DNA from: a virus
Length of the DNA: 64,000 bases
Reading direction: 5' to 3' (one strand)
Virus record (IMG/VR): IMGVR_UViG_3300030419_004676
Location: 1-64,000 of that record
The position numbers were made by a program, and so were the translations under genes. Below the pieces are notes generated by a model. It did no database searches. It saw only the letters and a program-made list of their open reading frames with translations, and was not told the origin of the DNA. This document shows, in pieces, positions 50,601 to 60,074 of this stretch (positions are counted from its first letter, which is position 1; every line of letters starts with the position of its first letter).

Positions 50601-52451
50601 GTTTATAATATGATGACTAATAAGTTTAGAAAATTATTTGAAGTGTTTGATAATTTTATTATTCATAATGATTTAACAGATATATTAAAAGAAAATTCAA
50701 CTACTAATCAATTTCCAATTGATGACGGCCCACCAACATTTTACGATGGATTTGGTGATTATAAAAAACATTCAAAAAAATGGATTAAAAGTATGTATTC
50801 ATCTGATGATGGTCTTGGTTGGGAATTAGTTAGTTATATTTTAAGTAAAAATGCAAATGACCCTGGTTTGGATTTTACAACAAGAATGGATAAAGTCCCT
50901 ACGGTTGCATATGGTAGAAGAGGTGCAGGGCCATATGGTGAAAGATTTCCAAGTGAAGACCCAGTTAAAGCATATAAAAAATGGTTAGAAAAAGTAGTTA
51001 GTGGATTAGAATTTGAAATTGTAAAATGGTTTGGACTAACAGATAATGAAAGAGATGTTACAGGTGTTCCTGTTGAAGCTCCTGCACTACCAGGTGTTCA
51101 AACACAAGACCAAAATACACAAAGGGCAATTGAACTTGATTTAGCTCCAGGTGATGATTCTATGGGTGATGCAATTGATGATATACAAGAGTCATTTATG
51201 AAAGATATTGAATTATTGATTGAGGGTGGAGCATATGGACATATGGCACATCCATTTGATGATAATAATTTGACATTTTCAGATTTGAAACAGATAGTTA
51301 TTAATGGTATCGGTGGAAAGTTAGATAGAGAAGATGGAGTTACAGAGAAACTTGATGGACAAAATCTAATGGTGAGTTGGATTGATGGGAAGTTAAAGGC
51401 AGCTCGTAACAAAGGACACTTAAAGAATTTTGGTAAAACTGCACCAGATACAAAGGGAATTGCATCTATCTTTAAAGGTAGAGGAGAAATCAAGAAAGCT
51501 TTTGTAGGTGCAATGAAAGATTTAGAAAAAGCAATCGGTTCATTATCCGATAAACAAAAAGAAAAAGTATTTGGTAATGGAAAGAGATGGATGAATTTAG
51601 AGGTTATGTATCCACAAACAGCAAATGTAATAGATTATGATGTGGCAGAAATAGTATTTCATGGAACATTAGAATATGATGATAGTGGAAGACCAGTAGG
51701 TCAACCTAAAGATAGTGCTCGTATGTTGGCAGGTATGATTAAACAAGTAAATCAGAATGTTCAGAAGACATTTAAAATAGGTAAACCAAACTTTTTGAAA
51801 GTACCAAAACATCAAAATTTTGATAAATTAAAAACAATGTATATGAATAGAATTAAAAAACTACAATCAGAATATGCATTAAGTGATAAAGATACATTGG
51901 GTATGTATCATGAATCATATTGGAGAGAATATATTTATAATGCATCAAAACAATTTAAAGTAAAGTTAAAACCTACACAATTTGCAAAGTTAGTAAAGAG
52001 ATGGGCATACTTTGATAAGAGTTATAAGATACAACAAATTAAAAAAGATTTTGGTGATAATGAAAAATTTTTAGATTGGATATTAAAAACAGATAAATTT
52101 GACCATAATAAAATTTTTAAAGATAATATTAAACCATTTGAAGTGTTGTTCTTTGATGTGGGTGCACAAATATTAAAAAACATAAGTGGATTTATGGCTG
52201 CAAATCCTGATATGGCAGTTCAAAAAGTTCGTAAAGAAATGAATAAGGCCTATATGGATTTAAGTAAAAAAGGTAACATAGAGAAACTAAAAAAATTAAA
52301 AACACAAATTCAAAAACTAAATGCAATTGGTGGATTAAAATCAATTGTTCCAAGTGAGGGTATAGTGTTCAAATACAAAGGTAAAGTTTATAAATTTACA
52401 GGAGCATTTGCACCAATCAATCAAATACTTGGTAGTTTGAAATTTGGATAG
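47679..52451 (+). CDS. Multidomain polyprotein: CCA-adding enzyme, ART-like domain, HIGH-type nucleotidyltransferase, unknown domain, RNA-ligase-like (DUF6267-like) domain
   Basis: VGGAVRD/DFD/RRDLTIN/EDPLR; GGRFQPFGPHH/SGT; TEKLDG/EGIVF/YKF. Confidence 0.85.
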   Translation: MSNKLTEWLVKPLLEDIKIPVEIGDTILMGRFKNKKVKVKSIGYNEKGDLLINNRTALKFRIVKTDKKLLPHKTTDKDSVSPDGDMRGVKKFEVTENKVSLNVPGDVKRLHQLFKKNKKQLYIVGGAVRDAILGKKPKDFDMATDAKPDEVLKIAKSGGFKTYSVGKKFGVVIVGGHEIATFRKDIGKGRRPKAVDFSDIQGDVKRRDLTINSLFFDIGRGEVVDLTGGLEDLKNKLIRTVGSAKRRFDEDPLRKLRALRFQAVVGGKMDKETEKALLINPSLKGVSAERIRDEFIKGIKKGKSSKLFMEALDKFRFTKQIFPQLNIQKPYPNVKDYILFLATIFRKNDVTKLPKILNKLKYSSKESNNITFLVYLNNFNPKNIYNVKKAQEKTTLTPKQIQEYGKLIGKDFKKLSTFQLSVKGGGTEFVGLKGKEIGDKIKDIEMKLYMNENILNERKAGFDSVHTKSAFSSLFGGHYAKHVPLTTKFMQSILGRERVSVFHVSSVEGAEKIGRIIGKKSALSTFTKVDKGEKLAKGRGIQTQGGVVFQLEGSLLVASTRDMQTHPDKTGRRWVSPLYLAGKVAGGKMYKEIQNGIKKLKIDYDTWYVIERDLRDKIGERPELQFTDSDGKPDGTPKYDLVQPIYEKELNKIKAKWIKKYIDMCYKVIRKYKPQIKRHILSQKDKPSEYGWNEIIVNQIHVQDVFLIDSLMYKNPGYRDPFIKKMEKIAKGKVTVGKPGQFRKWFNERGGVINEEFGAPAGVIPSPSRKGVKKNKTDKQSGYKKVTEEKSKIKKVIGIYGGRFQPFGPHHYKTYKWLESQVDEAYITTSDIKKPPRHPMNFTEKVRHMVKIGVPKNRIVKEKTPYVANNTLKKFDPETTAVVYIFGKKDAGRLKGGKKKSGGKTYYQDYKKNKKNLVGYEEHGYILTAPHQSIKVGGQEVSGTVMRNLLGSPKIDDKDRPKLFKQAFGYFDKGVYNMMTNKFRKLFEVFDNFIIHNDLTDILKENSTTNQFPIDDGPPTFYDGFGDYKKHSKKWIKSMYSSDDGLGWELVSYILSKNANDPGLDFTTRMDKVPTVAYGRRGAGPYGERFPSEDPVKAYKKWLEKVVSGLEFEIVKWFGLTDNERDVTGVPVEAPALPGVQTQDQNTQRAIELDLAPGDDSMGDAIDDIQESFMKDIELLIEGGAYGHMAHPFDDNNLTFSDLKQIVINGIGGKLDREDGVTEKLDGQNLMVSWIDGKLKAARNKGHLKNFGKTAPDTKGIASIFKGRGEIKKAFVGAMKDLEKAIGSLSDKQKEKVFGNGKRWMNLEVMYPQTANVIDYDVAEIVFHGTLEYDDSGRPVGQPKDSARMLAGMIKQVNQNVQKTFKIGKPNFLKVPKHQNFDKLKTMYMNRIKKLQSEYALSDKDTLGMYHESYWREYIYNASKQFKVKLKPTQFAKLVKRWAYFDKSYKIQQIKKDFGDNEKFLDWILKTDKFDHNKIFKDNIKPFEVLFFDVGAQILKNISGFMAANPDMAVQKVRKEMNKAYMDLSKKGNIEKLKKLKTQIQKLNAIGGLKSIVPSEGIVFKYKGKVYKFTGAFAPINQILGSLKFG

Positions 52452-52459
52452 GAGTTATA

Positions 52460-53026
52460 ATGGCAGGATATAGTAAAGAAGCAGAAAGACAAAATAAGGC
52501 ATTAAAAGATTTAATGTCAGGAAAAGAACATACAAAAGATTATATACAAGTAGGATACGAGGGTAAACAAGAAAATCAAGGTGGTAAAACTCGTGAGAGT
52601 AAAATGACAGATATTATGAAATCTGTCAGAATGCCTTGGTTTTGTCCATCATGTAAAAAGGCAATGAAGAAAAAACTTGATAGAAAGTTTTGGAGAACAA
52701 AGGGTCATTGCTTTGATTGTCAGATAGAAATTGAAAATAAGATGAAAATCAATGGTGAATTTGAAAAATATGCAGAGACAATAAAATTAGAAAATCAAAA
52801 AGCATATTTAGTAGATTTGGAACAAAGTATTGATGAATTTGAAAAATCTGGTGGTAAAAAAGAATGGTTGAATAATGTTGGTGTCAACACTCCAGAACTT
52901 GAAAAAGAGAAATGGGAAATGGGTGAGGCACAATTTGAAGAAACCATTAAAGAAGCACGAGAATTTATTCAAAATGCAAAAGAAAAAATTGAAGAATTTG
53001 AACAACAACTACAAGGAGATGAATAA
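52460..53026 (+). CDS. Hypothetical protein with CxxC...CxxC zinc-binding motif
   Basis: FCPSC, HCFDC; AGGAG RBS. Confidence 0.75.
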   Translation: MAGYSKEAERQNKALKDLMSGKEHTKDYIQVGYEGKQENQGGKTRESKMTDIMKSVRMPWFCPSCKKAMKKKLDRKFWRTKGHCFDCQIEIENKMKINGEFEKYAETIKLENQKAYLVDLEQSIDEFEKSGGKKEWLNNVGVNTPELEKEKWEMGEAQFEETIKEAREFIQNAKEKIEEFEQQLQGDE

Positions 53027-53307
53027 TGGGTATCATTGAATTCATAATGAATCTATTTTTTGGCGGAAAGAAAAAAGAAGAAGTCAAGAAATTAGATAAG
53101 GCAATTGAGAAGAAAAACGAAGAAGTAAAATCACTTGAAAAAGAAGTGGTTAAACTTGAAAAGAAGAAAAAAGTAAACAAAAAAGAAGTTGCTAATCTTA
53201 AAAGAAAAGTGACTAATACTAAGAAACAAATATTAAAGGCTGAGGAAGCATCTAAAACTAACGATGTTGATGAAGCTGTAAAATTTTTGAAGAAATTTAG
53301 TAAGTAA
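53026..53307 (+). CDS. Basic coiled-coil protein with hydrophobic N-terminus
   Basis: MGIIEFIMNLFFGG then Lys/Glu heptads. Confidence 0.65.
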   Translation: MGIIEFIMNLFFGGKKKEEVKKLDKAIEKKNEEVKSLEKEVVKLEKKKKVNKKEVANLKRKVTNTKKQILKAEEASKTNDVDEAVKFLKKFSK

Positions 53308-53310
53308 TAT

Positions 53311-53319
53311 ATATTTATA
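53311..53319 (+). promoter_or_regulatory. Putative late promoter motif ATATTTATA
   Basis: Recurrent motif, 3 nt before ATG 53323. Confidence 0.5.
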
Positions 53320-53322
53320 TAT

Positions 53323-53700
53323 ATGAGATATTTAATTTACATATTATTCATTGGTTTGTTATTTGGGCAAGATAAGAAAACCTTTACTTTTTCAGAGGAA
53401 GAAGTTCTTAATTTTACTAATAAAATCAAAGAATTAGAGTTAAAAGATAGTTTGAATGTATCTTTAGTAATGGATTTGGAAAAACAAATCTCATTATTAG
53501 AGGAAAATTCAAAATCTGATTCATTGATTATTGATTTTAGAACACAACAACTTCAATTACAAGAAGAAACTATTAATCTTTATAAGGAAAAAGTTAAAGT
53601 TGTTAGACCTAAGTGGCACGAAAACAAATGGTTATGGTTTGTTTATGGTGTTGGGGCTACGGCAATTTCAGTTAATCTTGCAGGACAATTAGCAGACTAA
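53323..53700 (+). CDS. Exported coiled-coil membrane protein (possible lysis accessory)
   Basis: Signal peptide MRYLIYILFIGLLFG-Q, coiled coil, C-terminal hydrophobic segment. Confidence 0.65.
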   Translation: MRYLIYILFIGLLFGQDKKTFTFSEEEVLNFTNKIKELELKDSLNVSLVMDLEKQISLLEENSKSDSLIIDFRTQQLQLQEETINLYKEKVKVVRPKWHENKWLWFVYGVGATAISVNLAGQLAD

Positions 53701-55271
53701 TGGCAGAACAATTAAAAGATGTAATTAAACAAGAGTATATTAAGTCTGCAAAAGACCCTGCATACTTCTTAAAAAAGTATTGTGTAATTCAACATCCAAT
53801 TCATGGTAAAGTTCCATTTGATTTATATGACTTTCAAGAAAAAACAATTGAAGAGTTTGAAGATAATCGTATGAACATTATTTTGAAAGCTCGTCAGTTA
53901 GGTATATCTACATTGACAGCAGGATATTCATTATGGATGATGACCTTTCATCAAGATAAAAATATATTGGTAATTGCAACTAAACAAGATGTTGCAAAGA
54001 ATTTAGTTACAAAGGTTCGTGTTATGCACGCAAATCTACCAAGTTGGTTAAAACAACGATGTGTTGAGGATAATAAATTATCATTACGATATGTTAATGG
54101 TTCACAGATAAAGGCAGTTGCATCAGGACCTGAAGCAGCTCGTTCTGAAGCTCTATCATTATTAATATTGGACGAGGCAGCATTCATTGATAAGATTGAT
54201 GATATATGGACTGCATCTCAGGCAACTTTAACCACTGGTGGTCAATGTATTGCACTCTCAACACCAAATGGAGTTGGTAATTGGTTTCATAAAACTTGGG
54301 TAGAAGCCGAAGAAGGACGAGGTATGTTCAACTTCATTAAATTACATTGGTCAGTTCACCCAGAAAGAGATGATGAATGGAGAAGAGAACAAGATGTTTT
54401 ATTAGGGCCAAGTGGTGCATCACAAGAGTGTGATTGTGACTTCTTGACATCTGGTACTGGTGTGATTGATGCAGTATTATTAGAAAATTTAAGAAAGAAA
54501 GAATGTAAAGACCCATTAGAAAAAAGAGGTATTGATAATAATTGTTGGATTTGGGAACCACCAAATTATACAAAGAATTATGTAGTATGTGCAGATGTTG
54601 GTCGTGGAGATAGTGCTGATTATAGTGCTTTTCATGTTATTGATATTGATAGTGTTGAACAAGTTGCAGAATACAAAGGTAGAATAAATACTAAAGATTT
54701 TGGTAATATGTTAGTGAGTATTGCAACAGAATATAACGATGCCTTACTAATTATAGAAAACAATAATATTGGTTGGGCAACCATCCAACAAGTAATAGAT
54801 AGGGATTATCCTAATCTATTTTATACAAGTAAAGATTTACGATATGTTGATGTTCAACATCAGTTGACAAACAAATATAGAACAACTGAGAGAAATATGG
54901 TGGCAGGATTTACTACCACTATGAAAACAAGACCATTAATTATTGCAAAACTTGAGGAATATTTTAGAGACGAATCAGTTTTGGTTCGTTCTAATAGATT
55001 AATAGATGAATTATTGACATTTGTATATGTTAATAACAGAGCCGAAGCAATGGTAGGATATAATGATGATTTAGTTATGTCATTTGCAATCGGTTTATGG
55101 GTTCGTGATACTGCATTAAGATTACGAACAGAGGGAATTGAATTAACAAAAAAAACCTTGACTATGATGAACCAAGAGGGTGTTTATACACCACAAGATA
55201 CGACAAATGATTATTGGGATTGGGACTTAGGAAAGGATAAAGAAAAAGAGTCACTAAATTGGCTCTTGTAA
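53700..55271 (+). CDS. terL: Large terminase subunit (T4 gp17-like)
   Basis: KARQLGIST, LLILDEAAF, STPNG, nuclease ADVGRG..DYS and NDDLVMS. Confidence 0.95.
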   Translation: MAEQLKDVIKQEYIKSAKDPAYFLKKYCVIQHPIHGKVPFDLYDFQEKTIEEFEDNRMNIILKARQLGISTLTAGYSLWMMTFHQDKNILVIATKQDVAKNLVTKVRVMHANLPSWLKQRCVEDNKLSLRYVNGSQIKAVASGPEAARSEALSLLILDEAAFIDKIDDIWTASQATLTTGGQCIALSTPNGVGNWFHKTWVEAEEGRGMFNFIKLHWSVHPERDDEWRREQDVLLGPSGASQECDCDFLTSGTGVIDAVLLENLRKKECKDPLEKRGIDNNCWIWEPPNYTKNYVVCADVGRGDSADYSAFHVIDIDSVEQVAEYKGRINTKDFGNMLVSIATEYNDALLIIENNNIGWATIQQVIDRDYPNLFYTSKDLRYVDVQHQLTNKYRTTERNMVAGFTTTMKTRPLIIAKLEEYFRDESVLVRSNRLIDELLTFVYVNNRAEAMVGYNDDLVMSFAIGLWVRDTALRLRTEGIELTKKTLTMMNQEGVYTPQDTTNDYWDWDLGKDKEKESLNWLL

Positions 55272-55283
55272 GTGAGGTAAAAA

Positions 55284-57149
55284 ATGGCAGATACAACATT
55301 ATTTGGAAGACTGAGACGATTATTTAGTACAAATGTAATCGTAAGAAATGTCGGTGGTCGTAAATTAAAGATTGCTGATACAGACCAAATACAAACACAA
55401 GTTAAGTCACATCTTGTTGACAGATATTCAAAGTTACATAGTAATTTGGATTTAGTTGGAACTGGATATTCCACCGTCCATCAAGTTATGGCTGCAAGAC
55501 TTGCACTATTCAAAGATTATGAATCAATGGATAGTGATAGTATCATATCAAGTGCATTAGATATATACTCTGATGAATCAACGATGAAATCAGAATATGG
55601 TGATGTATTAGAAATTAAATCAGACAATGAAAACATAAAAGAGATATTACATAATTTATTTTATGATATTATGAATATTGAGTTCACCTTATGGCCTTGG
55701 GTTCGTAATATGTGTAAGTATGGTGACTTTTACCTTTATTTAGATGTTAGTGAAAAGTATGGTATTACAAATGTTATTCCATTGTCACCTTATGAAGTCG
55801 TAAGAGCAGAGGGAGAAGACCCAGAAAATCCTTATTATACTAAGTTCTTCTTAGAAAGTATTGAGGGAGCACATCCTTATCTTGGTCAACATAATAAACA
55901 AAGTCAAGGAAAAAGTATTGAGTTTGAAAATTTCCAAATTGCACACTTTAGATTAACTAATGATAGTAATTTCTTACCATATGGTAAAAGTATGATGGAG
56001 GCAGCTCGTAAGACATGGAAACAATTAACTCTTATGGAAGATGCGATGTTAATTCATAGAATTATGAGAGCACCATCAAAAAGAGTTTATAAAATAGATA
56101 TTGGAAACATACCACCAAACGAAGTTGACAATTATATGCAAAGAATTATCAACAAAATGAAAAAGACACCATTTATGGATGAAAATACTGGTGAGTATAA
56201 TTTAAAATATAATATACAAAACTTAACCGAAGATTTCTTTATGCCTGTTCGTGGTGGAGATAGTGGAACAGAAGTTTCAGAATTAGGTGGATTAGATTAT
56301 GATTCAACTGATGATATTGAATATTTAAAAAATAAAATGTTAGCAGCATTAAGAGTTCCAAAAGCATTCTTAGGATTTGATGAAAATGTCGGTGGTAAAG
56401 CAACACTTGCAGCAGAAGATGTAAGATTTGCCAGAACCATAGAAAGAATACAAAGAATTGTTATTTCTGAATTGACAAAAATTGCAGTTGTTCACTTATA
56501 TTCACAAGGATACACCGATGAAGAATTGGTAAACTTTGATTTGGAACTAACCAATCCATCTACAATGTATGACCAAGAAAAAGTAGAATTATGGGGACAA
56601 AAAGTTGGATTAGCTCGTGATATGATTGGTGATAAGATTTTACCTACTGAATGGGTATATGATAATGTGTTCAATTTTTCAAATGAAGAAAAAGAAGAAA
56701 TCAAAAAACAAATAATAGAAGACCAAAAACAGAAGTTCAGACATGACCAAATAGAACAAGAGGGTAATGACCCAGCTCAAAGTGGTGATTCAGTTGGAAC
56801 ACCAAGTGATATGCAATCAGGTGGATATGATGAAGATAGTTCATCTGGTTCAGTATTCCAAGATGATGGTGGTTCACCAGAAGGCGGATGGGATGGTGCT
56901 GGTAGACCAAAGGAAATGAATAAATATTCCAAAGAAACTGGAGCAAGAGGTCGTGACCCATTAGGACATGAGAACTTAAAAAGAACTAAAAAAAGTAAGT
57001 TCCAATCACCATTAGCTTTAGCACATTATGATGCAGTTGTTAAATCTATGGGTAATAAGAAAGCAAAAGATATAATCTCAGAGGATAAAAAAATAGATGA
57101 GATTAGTAAAGAATATGATGAATATAAATCAAAAAATAGTGTAGATTAA
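55284..57149 (+). CDS. Portal protein (T4 gp20-like)
   Basis: QLTLMEDAMLIHRIMRAPSKRVYKIDIGN, EDFFMPVRG, ALRVPK. Confidence 0.95.
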   Translation: MADTTLFGRLRRLFSTNVIVRNVGGRKLKIADTDQIQTQVKSHLVDRYSKLHSNLDLVGTGYSTVHQVMAARLALFKDYESMDSDSIISSALDIYSDESTMKSEYGDVLEIKSDNENIKEILHNLFYDIMNIEFTLWPWVRNMCKYGDFYLYLDVSEKYGITNVIPLSPYEVVRAEGEDPENPYYTKFFLESIEGAHPYLGQHNKQSQGKSIEFENFQIAHFRLTNDSNFLPYGKSMMEAARKTWKQLTLMEDAMLIHRIMRAPSKRVYKIDIGNIPPNEVDNYMQRIINKMKKTPFMDENTGEYNLKYNIQNLTEDFFMPVRGGDSGTEVSELGGLDYDSTDDIEYLKNKMLAALRVPKAFLGFDENVGGKATLAAEDVRFARTIERIQRIVISELTKIAVVHLYSQGYTDEELVNFDLELTNPSTMYDQEKVELWGQKVGLARDMIGDKILPTEWVYDNVFNFSNEEKEEIKKQIIEDQKQKFRHDQIEQEGNDPAQSGDSVGTPSDMQSGGYDEDSSSGSVFQDDGGSPEGGWDGAGRPKEMNKYSKETGARGRDPLGHENLKRTKKSKFQSPLALAHYDAVVKSMGNKKAKDIISEDKKIDEISKEYDEYKSKNSVD

Positions 57150-57171
57150 ATACACATTTCTTGAAAGTTTT

Positions 57172-57180
57172 ATATTTATT
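57172..57180 (+). promoter_or_regulatory. Putative late promoter motif ATATTTATT
   Basis: Variant of the recurrent motif in the gap after the portal gene. Confidence 0.55.
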
Positions 57181-57209
57181 AAAGTAGTATAAAGGATATT
57201 GGAGCAAGT

Positions 57210-58082
57210 ATGTCTATTTCAAATGTAAAACATAATAAAATAAAGAATACGGCGATATTATATGAATTATTAAGTCGTCAAATCACGGTGGATGTCCTAA
57301 ATGACACGAAAAATTCACCCGCGGTTAAGATTTTTAAAGAATTTTTTAATAAAAATACTGAATTGGGTAAAGAATATGAACTTTATCGTATTTTAAGTGA
57401 GAAAAAATATTCAAAAGAGTCTCATGCAGTAAAATTAATTGAGGCAGTTGTTACAAATCGCCAAAGATTATCTAATCGTAGATTAAATAACGAAAAATAT
57501 AATCTTATCAAAACAATAAAAGAAAGCTACAATGTAAAGGACTTTTTCAATACACGATTACCAAACTTTAAAGTATTTGCTTCAATATATAAAGTGTTTG
57601 GTATATCAGAAAATCCAAATCCTATTGAAACTACAGATAGTACAATCACATTGATAGAACACATTACATCTATACAAAGTAATGAGGTTAAAAAGTCTGA
57701 AATCTTGGAAACATATACAGAAGAAGATAAAGATTTGAGATTATTGGCATATGAGTTGTTAGTTGATAAATTTAATAAAAAATATAAATCTTTAAATGAA
57801 AATCAAAAAGATTTATTAAAAGAATATATTAATAATTTATCAAATACTAATTCTCTTACTGAATTTGTTAATAGTGAAGTTGTTAAAATCAAAAAAAATC
57901 TTAAAAAGTATGTGAAAAAAGTGGATGATGATATTACTCGTATTAAATTAGAAGAGGCAATTAACCACATTGACACATTGGTTCCATCAAAAGTAGTTAA
58001 AGATAAAAATATAATATCATTAATGAGATATTATGAGCTAATTAAGGAATTACAAGATGTCACTATCAAAAAAGCAAATTAA
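57210..58082 (+). CDS. Helical hypothetical protein downstream of portal (possible prohead core component)
   Basis: Position between portal and protease; GGAG RBS. Confidence 0.55.
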   Translation: MSISNVKHNKIKNTAILYELLSRQITVDVLNDTKNSPAVKIFKEFFNKNTELGKEYELYRILSEKKYSKESHAVKLIEAVVTNRQRLSNRRLNNEKYNLIKTIKESYNVKDFFNTRLPNFKVFASIYKVFGISENPNPIETTDSTITLIEHITSIQSNEVKKSEILETYTEEDKDLRLLAYELLVDKFNKKYKSLNENQKDLLKEYINNLSNTNSLTEFVNSEVVKIKKNLKKYVKKVDDDITRIKLEEAINHIDTLVPSKVVKDKNIISLMRYYELIKELQDVTIKKAN

Positions 58083-58701
58083 AGAACTTTTTAAAAGATT
58101 AATTCGTAAAGAACTTAAAGAAAGAGAACTTGGAGAGTCAAGTACTACTGCATCTGCAGGTATTGGTGGTGCAGGAACAGGTCACTACGATACACCAAAA
58201 GCTTTTTCTAAAAAGAAAGATGGACATAAAGACCCAGAAGAGGGTGGATATAAAAAAGTAAATGAAGTTAAATGGGCAGTAACTATTGATATGGGTCAAT
58301 TAGGTCAAGGTAAAGTTCTTGTAGATGCAGGTTCAAAGGGTGCTGCAACAACAATGGTTGCTAAGAAATTAAAACAAGGAAGAAATGGGATTATAAGTGT
58401 ATCTCGTGTCCAACCATCAATTGGTAAACAAGTTGATAAAAAGATTGAAAATGTTAATGAGGGTCGTTACCACGATTGGAGAAACGATGAATCATTATCA
58501 CCGAAACAAAAAATTGGCCGTTCAATGAGAGAAGTTAAAAATGCCTTGAACACATTATCTAAACAGATTGATTTTAATGTTCGTTTAAAGAATGAGTTAA
58601 ATGTTGATACAAAGTCTTATTGGAAAACTACACATAAAGCATTAAATCAAATTTCAGAAAGATTAGTTAAATTAGCAAACAAAGTCGGAAAACTACAATG
58701 A
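58057..58701 (+). CDS. Modular hypothetical head-region protein
   Basis: Segments bounded by LKE, LGE, VNE, VNE. Confidence 0.6.
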   Translation: MSLSKKQIKELFKRLIRKELKERELGESSTTASAGIGGAGTGHYDTPKAFSKKKDGHKDPEEGGYKKVNEVKWAVTIDMGQLGQGKVLVDAGSKGAATTMVAKKLKQGRNGIISVSRVQPSIGKQVDKKIENVNEGRYHDWRNDESLSPKQKIGRSMREVKNALNTLSKQIDFNVRLKNELNVDTKSYWKTTHKALNQISERLVKLANKVGKLQ

Positions 58702-60074
58702 TTAAACTAACAAATTTACTAATCAAAGAAGAAGAGCCAGTTATAAGGAAAAAGAAATTCCATATAGGTGGTGGTGTTTATGTAGATAACGAAAAGGATA
58801 AAGATAATCCTAAAGCTCAACGATATAGTAAAGATGATTCTGGTAAATATATACCAATAGATGATGATAGTGGTAAGAAAAAATCTAAAAATGTTCCAAA
58901 TATTTTTGATAAACCTAAAGATGATGGCCCAAATCCAACAAGTAAAGATAAACCTTTAGTTAAAAAAGAAAAAAGTCCAACATCAACATTTGATGCTCCA
59001 ATAGAACCACATCAAATAGACCCTAATGAAGTTCAACAGGCAATAGACCACATTAAAGAAACTAATCCAGAACTGGCTGATGAATTAGAAGGTCATTTAG
59101 AAGACATAAAGTGGTATGGTAATTGGAGTGATGAAGATAATGAATTTTTTGATGATGATTTTTCAGACCCAGAACATGGAGAAGATGCAGAAAGAGCTGG
59201 ATGGCATATATTAAATAAAATAAGAAATTTTAATAAGAAAAATGCTGGTAGTGATAAGAAAGAACCTAAAAATGTTCCAGCAGCATCAAGTGATAAGAAA
59301 AAAATAAAATCAGTTCAAAAAAATACAATAATTAAAAAGAAAGCGTTACAGAAACTTGTTCTTCAAGACCTTGCAAAAGAATATGAGGAAGCAAAAGATA
59401 CGGATGATACAGAAAAACTGGAAAAAATAAAATCACAACATTTTATACACAAAATGCATTTTGAAGCTCAAAAGTTAGCTCTTGATGTCATTGAAACACA
59501 AGGTGATTTTAATATAGATAAAGTAAAGGAAGTTGTAGCTGGAGACCCTGAGAAATATACACAAGAAGATATAGATGAAGCCTTGACTGAAATAGATGAA
59601 TTAATTGATGATATAAAATCAGATGGTGACTATGATAGAAGTGAAGTTAAACAATTAGCTCAATTAAGAACAAGATTAAAAGAAGTTGGAAAAGAAAAGT
59701 ATTATTGGATGCCTCTAAGAAAAGAGAATCAGAACGAAAATTATAATCCAAGTGAAAAATATTTAACAGAAAGTATAGATTTATTAGAAAGAGAATTTGG
59801 TCAACCATTACCAACACTATCAAGTGTAATGGAAAAACATCAACAAAATGTTAAAGAAGGCCCAGATGATGTAAAAAAAGCCAAAAAACAATTACAGATG
59901 TTGATTAAACAAGAGGGTGCATTCAGAAAAAGAATGATAAAAATTGAACAAATATTTCTTGATGACCCAAGACCTGAAAACAAAAAATTAGCAAAAGATA
60001 TTAAAAAGTCCTACAAAGATAATATAACTAAATTTATGAGAGAAGTTGTAGGAATGTTGAAGAGGATGAAATAA
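58698..60074 (+). CDS. Charged modular protein with MIKLTNLLIKE tag (candidate internal head protein)
   Basis: N-terminal tag; LTE, LLE, VKE junctions. Confidence 0.6.
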   Translation: MIKLTNLLIKEEEPVIRKKKFHIGGGVYVDNEKDKDNPKAQRYSKDDSGKYIPIDDDSGKKKSKNVPNIFDKPKDDGPNPTSKDKPLVKKEKSPTSTFDAPIEPHQIDPNEVQQAIDHIKETNPELADELEGHLEDIKWYGNWSDEDNEFFDDDFSDPEHGEDAERAGWHILNKIRNFNKKNAGSDKKEPKNVPAASSDKKKIKSVQKNTIIKKKALQKLVLQDLAKEYEEAKDTDDTEKLEKIKSQHFIHKMHFEAQKLALDVIETQGDFNIDKVKEVVAGDPEKYTQEDIDEALTEIDELIDDIKSDGDYDRSEVKQLAQLRTRLKEVGKEKYYWMPLRKENQNENYNPSEKYLTESIDLLEREFGQPLPTLSSVMEKHQQNVKEGPDDVKKAKKQLQMLIKQEGAFRKRMIKIEQIFLDDPRPENKKLAKDIKKSYKDNITKFMREVVGMLKRMK

